DNA of 64,000 nucleotides, taken from positions 4,978,399 through 5,042,398 of the forward strand of contig MU053934.1 of the NCBI GenBank assembly GCA_013239625.1, given 5' to 3'. The notes beneath the pieces are model-generated. The model searched no databases, was not told where the DNA came from, and was given only the letters and a program-made list of their open reading frames with translations. The position numbers and the translations under genes were made by a program. Shown here piece by piece: positions 1 through 11,579 of the stretch. Each line of letters starts with the position of its first letter. The stretch's first letter is position 1. Origin of the DNA: Lama guanicoe (taxonomy: Eukaryota).

Positions 1-835
1 TTCTGACAAAGGATAAAGAACTCCTAAAAATCAATGATAAAAAGACCAAAAAAAAATTTTTTTAATAGGCAAAACACTTGACTAGGCAAAAGATGTGCAT
101 AGTGCCAAAATCATATCAAAAGTGCTCAGCAACTTTTCAGAAAAATACAAATTGAAACAATACTATATAATCATCAGAATGGTTAAATGTTAAAAATAAC
201 AATACCTAAGTATTGACAAAGATGTAGAACAACAAACTCTCAAACACTGACGGCGGGAGTATAAAATGATAAAACCACCTTAGAAAACTTTAGTTAAATA
301 CATACTTGCCCAATGACTCAGAAATTCCACTCCTGAGTATATGTCCAAGAGAACTGAATATTTATGGTCACAAAATGTCTTACACAAGAATGTTCATAAC
401 AGCTCTATTCATAACAGCCAAGAACTACACATGATTCAAATATCCATCAACAGAAGACATAGTCATATGATGGAATATTAACTTGGTAATAAATAGGAAT
501 GATACTACTGATAGAAGCAACAACATGGATAAGTCTCAAAACATTATGTTGAGAAGAAAGGAGCCAGAAACAAAAGAATACATACTGTATGCTTCCATTT
601 ATATGAATTTCAAGAACAAATGAGACTAATCTATATGGTGAGAGAAATTAGAATAGTAGTTACCTCTGGGGAGGAGGGAGGACTGACTGGAAAGGAGAAT
701 AAAGGAACTTTCTCAGATGATGGAAATGTTCTTTATCTTGAATGGGTGATGGTTACGTTTATCAACATTCATCAAACTTTACACTTAAGATCTATGCATT
801 TTATAGTATACAAATTATATCTCAATAAAGCACTG
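1..835 (+). mobile_element. Old L1 (L1M-type) ORF2 end and 3' UTR fragment
   Basis: Decayed L1 motifs (aattccactcctgagtatatgtccaagaga, aatgttcataacagctctattcataacagcc, gcaacaacatggataagtctc) ending in ctcaataaag at about 821-830. Antisense to ENTHD1. Confidence 0.8.
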
Positions 836-1674
836 TTAGCATTAAAAATATATTTTTAAAAGTAATTTGTAGTAAAGAAGTAGAAACTTTTGTTATTAAA
901 GGAGTCAATTCTGACACTTATATTTCTTATATTCCTAAAAGAAAGTCAATTGCTATAAAGTTGGTAAAGTATAAAAATATTAAGGTATTAATCACCCACT
1001 CTTCAAATACCTATTGAGTGATCCTACTTCCAGGCAATGTGTTAAGGGACACTAGGGACACTGTTCTCACCTTTAAGAAATTCAAGTTTTGCAGGGATAC
1101 GGAGAGGGATACCAGTACGCTTTGACAGAGGTATATAGATACTGTGGACATAAGGAGAGAATGTTACACTCTACCTGAGAATGTCAAGGACATTCAGGAC
1201 CCTGAATCATTTACGGGAATATGGTGCCTTTTCTAACAAGTTTGAGCCTTACCAGTAATGGGCCCTAACCCTAAAATAAGAGACTGGCCCAGCCATGCCA
1301 ACTTTTCAGGAAAATACAAATTGAAACAATACTATTTGCCCACATTAGGTATACTTGAGTGAAGAATTTTTAAGCCACAAAAGCACAAGTAAAGAATATA
1401 AGTTATACATTTCTCATACCATCTTCGACCTAAATAACTCTGAAATAGATGCAAAAAAAGGATAAATTTCTCATCTCCTGTCCCAGATTAGTGAACAGAG
1501 CTAGTTCAGTTCTCAGGCCCTTCCTAACTGCTCCAACCCGCTGTATGTAACCAATTAAATGCCTGGTCAAGTCTAGAGACATGACACATGTTGACAGGAT
1601 GGAGCAGAAGAGTGACGAGCATGATCAGGATGGGGCTGACATCACTCATCCATTCAATCAATCATTCAGTGATA

Positions 1675-1750
1675 CACTGTAGTAGTTAAGAACATGGATT
1701 CTGGAACCAAAACTGTAATCTTGGCTCTGCCATAACTAGCATAACTAGTT
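1675..1750 (+). mobile_element. MIR SINE 5' fragment
   Basis: gtagttaagaacatggattctggaacc...cttggctctgccataactagc resembles the MIR head. Confidence 0.55.
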
Positions 1751-1859
1751 GGGAATTACAGAATAAACTTATTTTTAAACAGTATGTTAGCTATATTATA
1801 AAATAATGGTATTCTACAGATTCTAGACACTAGTGGAATACCTCTAACTATAAAGCAAT

Positions 1860-2630
1860 GTAGCCAATGCAATCTACAGATTTAAAGTGATCCCTATCAT
1901 ATTACCTGGGACATTTTTCATGGAACTAGAAAAAATAATCCTAAAATTTATATGGAGTCACAAAAGACCCAGAATTGCCAAAGCAATACTGAAGAAAAAG
2001 AACAAAGCTGGAGGAATAATCCTCCCAGACTTCATTCAGACAATACTACAGAGCTAAAGTAATCAAAACAGCATGGTATTGGCACAAAAACAGACATATG
2101 GATCAATGGAACAGAATAGAAAGCCCAGAAATAAACCCATAGACCTATAACCAATTAACCTACAAAAAAGGAGGCAAGAATATACAATGGAGAAAAGGCA
2201 GTCTCTTAAGCAAATGGTACTGGGAAAACGGGACAGTAGTATGTAAATTAATGAAGTTAGAACACTCCTTCATATCATACACAAAAATAAACTCAAAATG
2301 GCTTAAAGATGTAAACATAAGACAAGACACTATAAACCTCCTAGAAGAAAACATAGACAAAACATTTTCTGACATAAATCTTAGCAATGTTCTCCTAAGG
2401 CAGTCTACCCAAGTAATAGAAATAAAAGCAAAAATAAATAAATGGGAGCTAATTAAACTTACAAGCTTTTGCAAAGCAAAAAAAAAAAATCATAAGCAGA
2501 ACAAAAAGACAATCTATGGAATTGTGGAAAATATTTGCAAATGATACAACTGACAAGGGCTTAATTTCCAGGGTACATACACAGCTCATACAACTTAATA
2601 ACAAAAAATACAACCTAATCCAAAAATGGG
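1860..2630 (+). mobile_element. L1 ORF2 fragment (relatively young)
   Basis: ORF 2251-2544 (YTKINSKWLKDVNIRQDTINLLEENI...KAKINKWELIKLTSFCKAK) is typical L1 ORF2 C-terminal region. Frameshifts and stops are present. Confidence 0.9.
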
Positions 2631-2858
2631 CACACACACACACTTATTTATATGTAAATTAAATTATGCCAACAGCTACTATTCAAATATGTTACACTTA
2701 GCAGGAAACAAACACAAAAATAGAAATGTATAAAAGATAAAGATGAATTAATATTTTCCCCAAATGGAATTATTTTTCATTAATATTTATTAATAACTAA
2801 TGTGTACTAATGTTATCAATCAATAACTAATGTATCTTCCATAATCAACAAATAATAA

Positions 2859-3076
2859 CAGTTCACCCTTGAATAACAGGGGTTTGAACTATGCAGGTCC
2901 ACTTATACATGGATTTTTTTCAATGAATGTGTACTACAGTACTACACAGTCTGTTGACTCTGAGGATGTGGAATTGAGGACAGGGAGGGCCAACTACAAA
3001 GTTATATGTGGATTTTCCACTGCCCACGGGGGAGCAGTGTCAGCACCCCAACCCCAAATTGTTCGAGGGTCATCTG
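2859..3076. mobile_element. Tigger2-like non-autonomous DNA transposon (TcMar-Tigger)
   Basis: Terminal inverted repeats CAGTTCACCCTTGAATAA and (reverse complement) CAGATGACCCTCGAACAA match at 14/18, with TA at 3077-3078. Internal gggtttgaactatgcaggtccacttatacatggattttttt is Tigger2-like. Confidence 0.75.
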
Positions 3077-3369
3077 TACTATGCTTCTGTTGACATTCAG
3101 TTCTAATTTGCATTTTTTGTGTGTGTGCTCTTCATGCTAACAAATAATCAAGAGTATTTACAAAGTCCAATATAGTATAGTTGTACTTCTGTGATCCTAA
3201 GCTCAACTGTTATGGAATCTGAATGACCTTTATGATAGTGTATTTAAACCTTTATGACCTTTATGATAGCATATTTATATCCATATATATTATACTTTGT
3301 ACATATAGAAGGCATAAATATAAATGCATAAATAGGTTTTTCAGTATATTTATAATTACATGCTTACTT

Positions 3370-3408
3370 TTTTTTTTTTACATTTTTATTGATTCATAAT
3401 CATTTTAC
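3370..3408 (-). mobile_element. Extremely 5'-truncated young L1 insertion (3' terminus plus poly-A) with 12-bp TSD
   Basis: Flanked by ACATGCTTACTT at 3358-3369 and 3409-3420. The minus strand reads gtaaaatgattatgaatcaataaaaatgt-A10, similar to the 3' end of the L1 at about 10359-10395. Confidence 0.8.
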
Positions 3409-3779
3409 ACATGCTTACTTGTTTTATCTCTCAAAATAGCTCATAAACTCTTTAGAGCAGGGCTGATCCTCTCTTTCCACGTAAAAAAAAATTATCACAG
3501 TGCTAAGGACAGTGATAAAATAGCTGTTTTGTAAAGTACATAAATGATTATATCCATTCACTATTATCCAAAAAATTATGCCTTTTAAAAACTTAACTCT
3601 TGGGCATGCAACATTTTAATCAGTATTTAATTTTAATTTTAATAATAGATATAATCCTAATGGAAGTTGATGCCTTTAAAATTTCTGGATTATGACATAT
3701 AACATGATCAAAACCCAAAAGATATTCTCCAATTTCATCATTAAGCCTCAAACCTGACCTAAAATAAACACTTAAAAAA

Positions 3780-6200
3780 AGAGCAGATATACACCATGAC
3801 TGAGTGGGATTTATGCTAAGAATGCAAAGTTGGTTCACTTATGAAAATCACTGTAATACACCATATTAATAGAATGAAGGGAGAAAAACACATAATCACC
3901 AACAGATGCAGAAAAGGCAACTGACATAAGTCAACACCCTTTCCTGATAAAAATACTCAACAAACTAGAAATAGAGGAGAACTTGGTCAACCTGATAAAA
4001 ATTATCTATGAAAAACCCGTACTTAACATCATACTTAATGGTCAAAGACTGAAAGCTCTTAAGATCAGGAACAAGACAAGGAAGCCTGTTCTCACCGCTT
4101 TTAGCCAACACAGTAGAGGTTTTAGCCAGGGCAATTAAGCAAGAAGAAATAATAAGAGACACCCAGACTGGAAAGGAAGAAGTAAAATTATCTCTATTTG
4201 CAGATGACATAATCTTGTATGTAGGAAATCCTAAGGAATCCATCAAAAAACAAACACAAAAAATCCTATTACAGCTAATTATTATTACAGCAAAGTAGTA
4301 GAATACGAGATCAATATACAAAAATCAGTTGACCAGTTGAATTTCTATACCTTAGCAATGAATAATCTGAAAATAAATTAAGAAAGTAATTTCATTTATA
4401 GTAGCACCAAAAAGAATAAAATATTTAGGAATATATTTAACAAAAGAAATGTAAGACTTATACAATAAATACTACAAAACGCTTATGAAAGAAATGAAAG
4501 AAGACCTAAATAAAAGGAAAGACATCTTACGTTCATGGATTTGAGGAACTGACATTATTTAGATGGCAATATTCCTAAAATTGATCTATAGATTCAATGC
4601 AATCAAACAAAATTCTAGCTGTCTTTTTTGCAGAAATTGACAAGCTAATGCTAAACTTGATATGGAAATTCAAGGGACTCAGAACAGCCAAAACAATGCT
4701 GATAAGAACAAAGTTGCATTTGGAAATAAAGTCACATTCTTTTATTTCAAAACTTACTACAAAGCTAGAGTAATCAAAATAGTGTGGCACAGGCACAAGA
4801 ATAGACATATAGATAAATGGAACAGAATTAAAAGTGCAGAAATAAACCCATGCACTTACGGTTGACTGATTTCTGTAAGGGTGCCAATATAATTCAATGG
4901 AGAAAGAACAGCCTTTTCAACAGATAGCAGTGGAACAAATGGACATCCTCATGCAAAAGAATGAGTTTGGACCTCTACCTTATACCGTATATAAAAATTA
5001 ATTGAAAATGAACCCAAGATAAATGTAAGAGCTAAAACTATAAAACTCTTGGAAGAAAACACAGGTATAAATCTTTGTGACTAGGCAATGAGTTCTTACA
5101 TATGACACCTAAAGCACAAGCAACCAAAGGAAAAATGGATAAACTGGACTTTGTCAAAATTTAATCAAGAAAATAAAAAGATAATCAATACAGAATGGAA
5201 GACGATATCTGCAATCACCTATCTGATAAGGGTCTTGTATCCAGAATATATAAAGAACTCTTAAAACTCAACAACAACAAAAAAAACCAGTTAAAACTGG
5301 ACAAAGGATTTGAACAGACATTTTCTCCAAAGAAGACATATAAATGGCCAAACAAGGACATGAAAAGATGAGCAACATCATTAGTTTTTAGGGAAAGGTA
5401 AATTAAAACCACAATACTATTTCACATCTAGTAGAATGGCTATAATGAAAAAGATGGACAATAACGGGCATTGGCAAGGATGTAGAGAAATAGCAATCCT
5501 CTTACATTGCTGGTGGGACTGTAAAGTGGTGCGACCACTAAGGAAAATAGTTTAGTGGTTCCTCAAAAAGCTAAACAATGACTTACCATATGATCCAGCA
5601 ATTCCACTCCTAAGTATACACCCAAAGGAACTGAAAGCAGGGACTTGAACTGATACCTGTACACTAACGTTTACCGCAGAATTATTCACAATAGTCATAA
5701 GGTGAAAACAACCCAAGAAACCATCAACAGATGAACAGATAAAAAAGAAAAAAGTGGTATATACATACAATGGAATATTATTCAACTAGAAAAGAAATGA
5801 AGTTCTGATACATCCTGTAACATGGGTAAATCAGAAGAACATTAAGGTAAGTGAAATCAGCCAGACAGAAAAGGACAATACTATATGATTTCACTTACAC
5901 GTATCCAAAATAGACAAATTTACAGAGACAGAAAGATTAGAGGTTAGCAAGGGAGTCACTGCTTAATGGCTACAAAGTATCTGTTTGAGGTGATGAAAAC
6001 ATTTTGGAAATAGTGGTGATGGTTGTGCAACATTGTGAATGTAATTAATGCCACTGAATTGTACACTTAAAACGGCAAAGTTTATGTTATATACATTTTA
6101 TCATAATTTTAAAAATTAATAATATACCAATACCCATAGGATTGTGTACTTTAAATTGGTGAATTGTACGGCATATGAATTACATCTCAATAAAGCCGTT
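3780..6200 (+). mobile_element. L1 (L1MA/L1MB-like) ORF2 RT-to-3' UTR fragment
   Basis: RT motif tctctatttgcagatgacataatc (LFADD) near 4191-4215, continuous decayed ORF2, and a 3' UTR ending in catctcaataaagc near 6183-6196. Confidence 0.9.
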
Positions 6201-6214
6201 TTTTTTTTAATGAA

Positions 6215-6730
6215 GGAGAAAAAGAAATGAGCTCTCAAGCTATAAAAAGACATGGAAGAATCTTAAATGCATATTGCTAAGTGAAAGAAACCATTCTGGA
6301 AAAGCTACATCCGAATGATTCCATCTATATGACAGTCTGGAAAAGACAAAACAATAGAAGCAATAAAAAATCAGTAGTTGCCAAGCTCAAGGGTTTACGG
6401 CAGGGGAGAAAGGATGGATGGGGGAGCACAGGGCATCTTCAAGGCAGTAAAACTATTCCGCATGATACTGGAATTGTAGACACATGACCGTGCATTTTTC
6501 AAAACCCATAGAACTGCAGAACACAAAGAGTGAACCCTTATGTAAACTAAGGACTTCAGTTAATAATGATATCAATATTGGTTTAATTGTAACAAATGTA
6601 CCACACTAATGCAAGATGTTAACAGGAGAAACCATGAGTGGGTGGGGAAGGGTATGTGGGAACTCTGTACTTTCTGCATAATTTTTCTGTAAACCTAAAA
6701 CTGCTCTAAAAAAAGAGTCTATTTTTAAAA
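6215..6730 (+). mobile_element. Older L1 (L1MC-like) 3' UTR fragment
   Basis: catggaagaatcttaaatgcatattgctaagtgaaagaa...gggaactctgtactttctgcataatttttctgtaaacctaaaactgctctaaaa. Confidence 0.75.
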
Positions 6731-7329
6731 TGAATACTTAACACAGACACTGCACTGAATTTTATCCTCTTCTCATGATTCATAAGACTATTCACTTTAA
6801 ATACAAATTATAACTTTACATTGGATGGGGAGGAAGCACTGATTCTTTTACCATTGTAGAATATCTGGCACCACTGAATCATCTCAGTTCAGTATCCAAT
6901 ATACTGTTCCCTGACTTCACCTCCTCTTCCACCCCCGATAAACTTACTTTATGACCTAAATTTTTGTATTCATAAAACTACTTCCATCAATAGTTTTTGA
7001 AGATTCCATAGTCTTTGGAAACACTTTCTTACATTTATGACTAAATTCCAGTCTAATTATAATTATGAATTACAGTGACATTATTATATCAAATTGCCAT
7101 GCCTCCTATTTTATTCACTTTGTTCTTTTTTTCACATTGCCTTGTCGGTTTTATTTGTTCTAATTATAAAATAAGATGTTTTAAAATATACAAGCTTATA
7201 TAAAACAAAATAAAAAATCACCTCTAATCCTACCAGTACCACCTGGTAAATGCTTATATAATGTTATATACATAAACATAAATTTTTAAACAAAATTGAG
7301 ATCATTTTGTATATTTATTCATTGTTTCT

Positions 7330-7630
7330 TTCATTTATTCTGTCACTCAACAAATACTAACAGCTCCTCTTCTACCAAGACCCAGCAATGGGCAAGGTAG
7401 ACAAAGTCCTGCCCTCATGGAGCTGACATCTTATTGGGAGAAACAGGCAAACCAGCATATTTTTACTCCTCACAATCATCCTGAGATACATACTGTTATC
7501 ATCCCAATTTACAAAGAGCTAAACTGAGGCATCAAGTAATTTAGCAAATTGCCTGAGGATATAGAGCTAGTCAGTAGTGGAATCAGGCTGAATGACAACC
7601 CAATTTGATGACAGACTCTGAGCTTTTAAC
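7330..7630 (-). mobile_element. Adjacent L2 3'-end and MIR fragments
   Basis: cctgccctcatggagctgacatc (L2), then ctcacaatcatcctgagat...cccaatttacaaagagctaaactgaggc (MIR core, reverse). Confidence 0.6.
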
Positions 7631-7889
7631 TCATATAAGAGATATCTTTATGATCTTTACAAAATGGTCCTAGGGGGTAAAAGGTTGGATTAGTTCCCCA
7701 AGATAACATATTTACCCTAAGGACATAGTTCCTTGACTTCAATCATGAAGTTTGTTCATGGAAAAGAATTCATTACTATTTTGTCATGTTTAAATTCAGC
7801 AGGACCTCAAGTCCAACTTTTTAACTTTTCTGGTGTACTTTCTTTTTCATTTTATTTTTCAATTCAATTTATTTAAACTAAAAAAAAAC

Positions 7890-8152
7890 AAGTTCATCCA
7901 TTTCTCCCCACCTCAATCCCCATCTTTGGCAATCACTAATCTGTTCTCTGTATCTGAGCTTCTTTTAAAATCCACATGTAAGAGAGAGAATACAGTATTT
8001 CTTTCACTGACTTATTCTGTTTAGCTTAATACCCTCAAGATCCAAAAGAATTAAATCTTGCCTTGAGTGATAACATGGATGGACCTTGAGGGCATTATGC
8101 TAAGCAAAACAAGTCAGAGAAAGACAAACACCATATGATCTCTCTTACATGT
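7890..8152. mobile_element. Two oppositely oriented L1 3'-region fragments forming an inverted repeat
   Basis: 7974-8044 is the approximate reverse complement of 8080-8152. Both match the L1 atggatggaccttgagggcattatgctaag motif. Confidence 0.7.
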
Positions 8153-8404
8153 TCATTTTCTATGAGGTATTATTTTATCAGGAACCTAAGTGTGGCAGTT
8201 GTACACATCCTTTTGAGAAAAAAAACACTATTCTCTGAGGCACTCAAGAGTCAACACAAAGGATTAAACTGGGAACAACTGGTCCCAGAGGAAAGGGAGG
8301 TAGTATTGTTAAGAACAACTTCTCCACAGCTCCTGCTTTAAAATGATCCCCTCCCAAGCCCTTAATCTTTATTGCCACACTGTATAAACTTCTTCAACTG
8401 GTAC

Positions 8405-8753
8405 CTTGATCTTTTCCAGCTTCATCTATGTGTTGAAAATCTTTTAGCGTTTGAAGGTTACAGAACCCCTCTCTGCAATGCTGAATGACTTTCTTTGATC
8501 CATTCTTGATGAGATAATCCATGAGGGTGAGGGACTTATACACATGTCGCCAGTTCTTCCCATGGTCGCTGAGTCTCTGCCAGAGCATATTCATAATCTC
8601 TGAGAGAGAAATTGTGTTGAAAGTCAGGTCACTGATATCTAACATCAGAGAACTAGAAGGACCCCAAGGGTCATTAGAAGTTGCTTCTCTGACTTTTATT
8701 TCAGCATCTGAGTAATTTTTCACAAAGTTTTTCACTTGCCTCCTGAAAGCCAT
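8405..8753 (-). CDS. ENTHD1: ENTH domain-containing protein 1, first coding exon (116 codons plus 1 nt; gene continues beyond the window start)
   Basis: MAFRRQVKNFVKNYSDAEIKVREATSNDPWGPSSSLM...HGKNWRHVYK...GKDQG is an epsin N-terminal homology domain. Donor CAAG|GTACCA at 8405/8404 (phase 1). Head-to-head position with GRAP2 matches the known ENTHD1 locus. Confidence 0.95.
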
Positions 8754-8905
8754 AGGTAAGACAAATTTGAAGGTGAGATGGAGGACGAGAGCAATGGAAG
8801 AGTTTATGTGACTAGTTTATAAAACCCTTGAGAAGTAGTTGGTCCCCAGTTCTGCTGCTCCCAAATACAAATGAGCAATCTCCGTCTTGACAAGGTATCA
8901 ATTTC
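8754..8905 (-). other. ENTHD1: ENTHD1 5' UTR part of the first coding exon, with splice acceptor
   Basis: Minus strand ttaacttacctatttttttctgctttcccttgcag|GAAATT: branch-like TTAAC, polypyrimidine tract and AG at 8907-8906. No upstream ATG in this UTR segment. Confidence 0.8.
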
Positions 8906-10358
8906 CTGCAAGGGAAAGCAGAAAAAAATAGGTAAGTTAATTTTTTCTTAAATGTCTATAGAAGATCAATTCAGTCTCAAAAAATCTAGCTTTAGTTTCT
9001 AAATCAGCCCCTCACTCACGCCAGAATTGAGGGTACCATATAAATGTTCCTAGGATTGATATAGGGAAATCTCTTATAAGGGACTGGCCTATGTTATTTA
9101 AAGAAATACAGGTGGTCTTTCTAGACCTAAAAGTTTCCATTCAAAGTTTCACTGAATCTCTTTGGCCAGAAATAAAATAATTATAAAGCATTACATGAAC
9201 AGTGGATAAATTAGTTTAAGAAAATGGGACTTGCACTGTGACATCTCTTGCTTAAGATTTGCTGTCATGGATAAATTGTTATGTCCTGAGAGTAATTAAG
9301 ATGGTGAAAACTGAGTCCTAGAATCATCAGCTGCCCCAATGACTGTATTCTTTTCAGCACTTACAAGTCATTAGAATCAGGTCTAAATATGATCTGTTTT
9401 CTTGTTCATTTAAAAGAGAAGAAGGAGGGTCATCAACTATTAAGACAAGTAACTGTCCTTAGTAGAATCCACATCTAACTCACAGTTATCTATCCTAAAC
9501 CAGTATTTCAGTCCTGGTAAGGCTGGTAAGTTCAACGAAAAGGTTCAATTACTTTCTTTACTCATTTTCAGAAAAAGATGCCCTGAGGAGTACCCAGACC
9601 CAACAAAGCCTCCAAAATCTATAATCAGATTTTACTAGAGCAACTGCACATATACAGAAGAAAAATGTTAAAATCCGTAACAAAAGTGTTTGTTATTTTC
9701 AGTTCTGTTTCTCCTCCTTGACCTTCTCAATCCCTAGCTCAGGCTTGATTAATTTCTGTGTATGTATCTGAGGAAAACATAAATTTTCAGAAGCATCCTA
9801 AATGGAACTATCAATCTTTTTTAAAAGTGCAACACATCTTCAAACAAGCAGGATAGAAAGAAAAGAGAAAATATATCTGTCTAATTAAGATTTCTCAGAA
9901 GGAGACTATCATCAAATCTAGGAAGAAAAAGAGAAGTTGTGTGTTTTAACAATTTTCTGATTTTCCCTCTTGTCCACATTTCTAATACAGACATTTTTAT
10001 CTCACTCCTGCAGTGAAAACTTGATTTATAATGTGTTTCAATAAGCTATTAAATTTTTCAATCACGAGGGTTTTCTTTTTCTGTTGTCCTTTTTTCCTCT
10101 CTACCAAGCTCACTCAATGCAGAGATGTACTGTGACATTGGCTTAGAGCAACAAATATTGATCTGTTTCTTTACAAGTCTATTAAAAAAAAAAAGCCTGT
10201 TAGAGTCATAATTTGCTGGAATTGAACAACAGTTGTTAAAATCCTATTTTTCTTTTTTGGAAAACTACTTGTATATATTTTGGAGGGACAAAATCCTTAT
10301 TTTTAGGTTTTCCTCTATTCTCTAACTTGCATTTTTAAATTTCTTTAAATGTTTTCTT

Positions 10359-11071
10359 TTTTAAACTTTTTTATTGAGTTATAGTCATTTTATAATGTTG
10401 TGTCAAATTCCAGTGTAGAGCACAATTTTTCAGTTATACATGAACATACATATATTCATTGTCACATTTTTTTTTTACTGTGAGCTACCACAAGATCTTG
10501 TATACATTTCCCTGGGTTATACAGTATAATCTTGTTTATCTAGTCTACATATGCCTGTCAGTATCTACAAATTTTGAACTCCCAGTCTATCCCTTCCCAC
10601 CCCCTCCCCCTTGGCAACCACAAGTTTGAATTCTATGTCTATGAGTCTGTTTCTGTTTTGTATTTATGATTTTTTTGTTGTTTTGTTTTGTTTTGTTTTT
10701 AAGATTCCACATATGAGCGCTCTCATATGGTATTTTCCTTTCTCCTTCTGGCTTACTTCACTTAGAATGACATTCTCCAGGAACATCCACGTTGCTGCAA
10801 ATGGTGTTATGCTGGGCATATATCCAGAAGGAACCCTACTTCAGAAAGGCACCTGCACCTCAATGTTCATAACAGCACTATTTACAATAGCCAAGACATG
10901 GAAACAGCCTAAATGTTCATCAACACATGACTGGATAAAGAAGATGTGGTGTATTTATACAATGGAATACTATTCTAGCCAAGACATGGAAACAGCCTAA
11001 ATGTCCACTGACAGACGACTAGATAAAGAAGATGTGGTATATTTATACAATGGAATACTATTCAGCCATAA
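10359..11071 (-). mobile_element. Young 5'-inverted (twin-primed) L1 with 12-bp TSD
   Basis: 10359-10810 is the L1 3' end on the minus strand. 10811-11071 is the upstream L1 segment on the plus strand. TSD AAATGTTTTCTT at 10347-10358 and 11072-11083. Confidence 0.9.
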
Positions 11072-11579
11072 AAATGTTTTCTTAAATGAAGTTTCTTCCC
11101 CAGAAAACTATCTACATAACAGCCTCCCATCTAACAGAGTAGTTTAAAATGGATGTACTGGACATCATACCAAAATTAAATATATTCTTAAACCATTAAA
11201 AAAAACACAAAGAAAAAAGTCTGGCTAAGTGAATTAGTACCATTTACTACTGTACAGCACTTTGTGACATGAACATAGAAGATATAAGACATTACTCTAC
11301 TACTGGTATCTTTTTAAGCTAACTAGGCATTCAATTAATTGGTATTGGTTGTAAGTTACATGTTGGTTTACTATGTGTTTTAGATACCTGGCTACATGCA
11401 AATATTCAGTTTACTCATACCTTCAAAAATTTGAGATTGTAATTACAGTGATGTGACATCTGAGATAAAAGTGGTGCCCAAGAGGGTAAATTCTCACACC
11501 TGAATTTTGGTTGTCTGGTTACCCAAATCTCTGTATATTTAGAAACGGAGGGAAGTAAGATATTTCATGTCACAAATTT

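Noticed and set aside
3223..3269. Direct repeat ATGACCTTTATGATAG with 31-bp period
   Set aside because: Ordinary local slippage duplication with only two units, not an array.
2160..5785. Several ORFs on both strands
   Set aside because: Sense and antisense remnants of decayed L1 ORF2 and other repeats, not host genes.
6030..6200. Apparent duplicated motif at the L1 end
   Set aside because: Internal repetition is a normal feature of L1M 3' UTR termini.
8394..8404. ORF-track C-terminal GTS* of the ENTH ORF as a real stop, which would imply a 119-aa gene or a retrocopy
   Set aside because: A donor (AAG|GTACCA) sits at 8405/8404 and an acceptor at 8905, so this is an exon and the ORF simply runs into the intron.
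10611..11000. 129-aa ORF with an L1-like C-terminus
   Set aside because: Chance read-through across the inversion junction of a truncated L1, with a non-ATG start.
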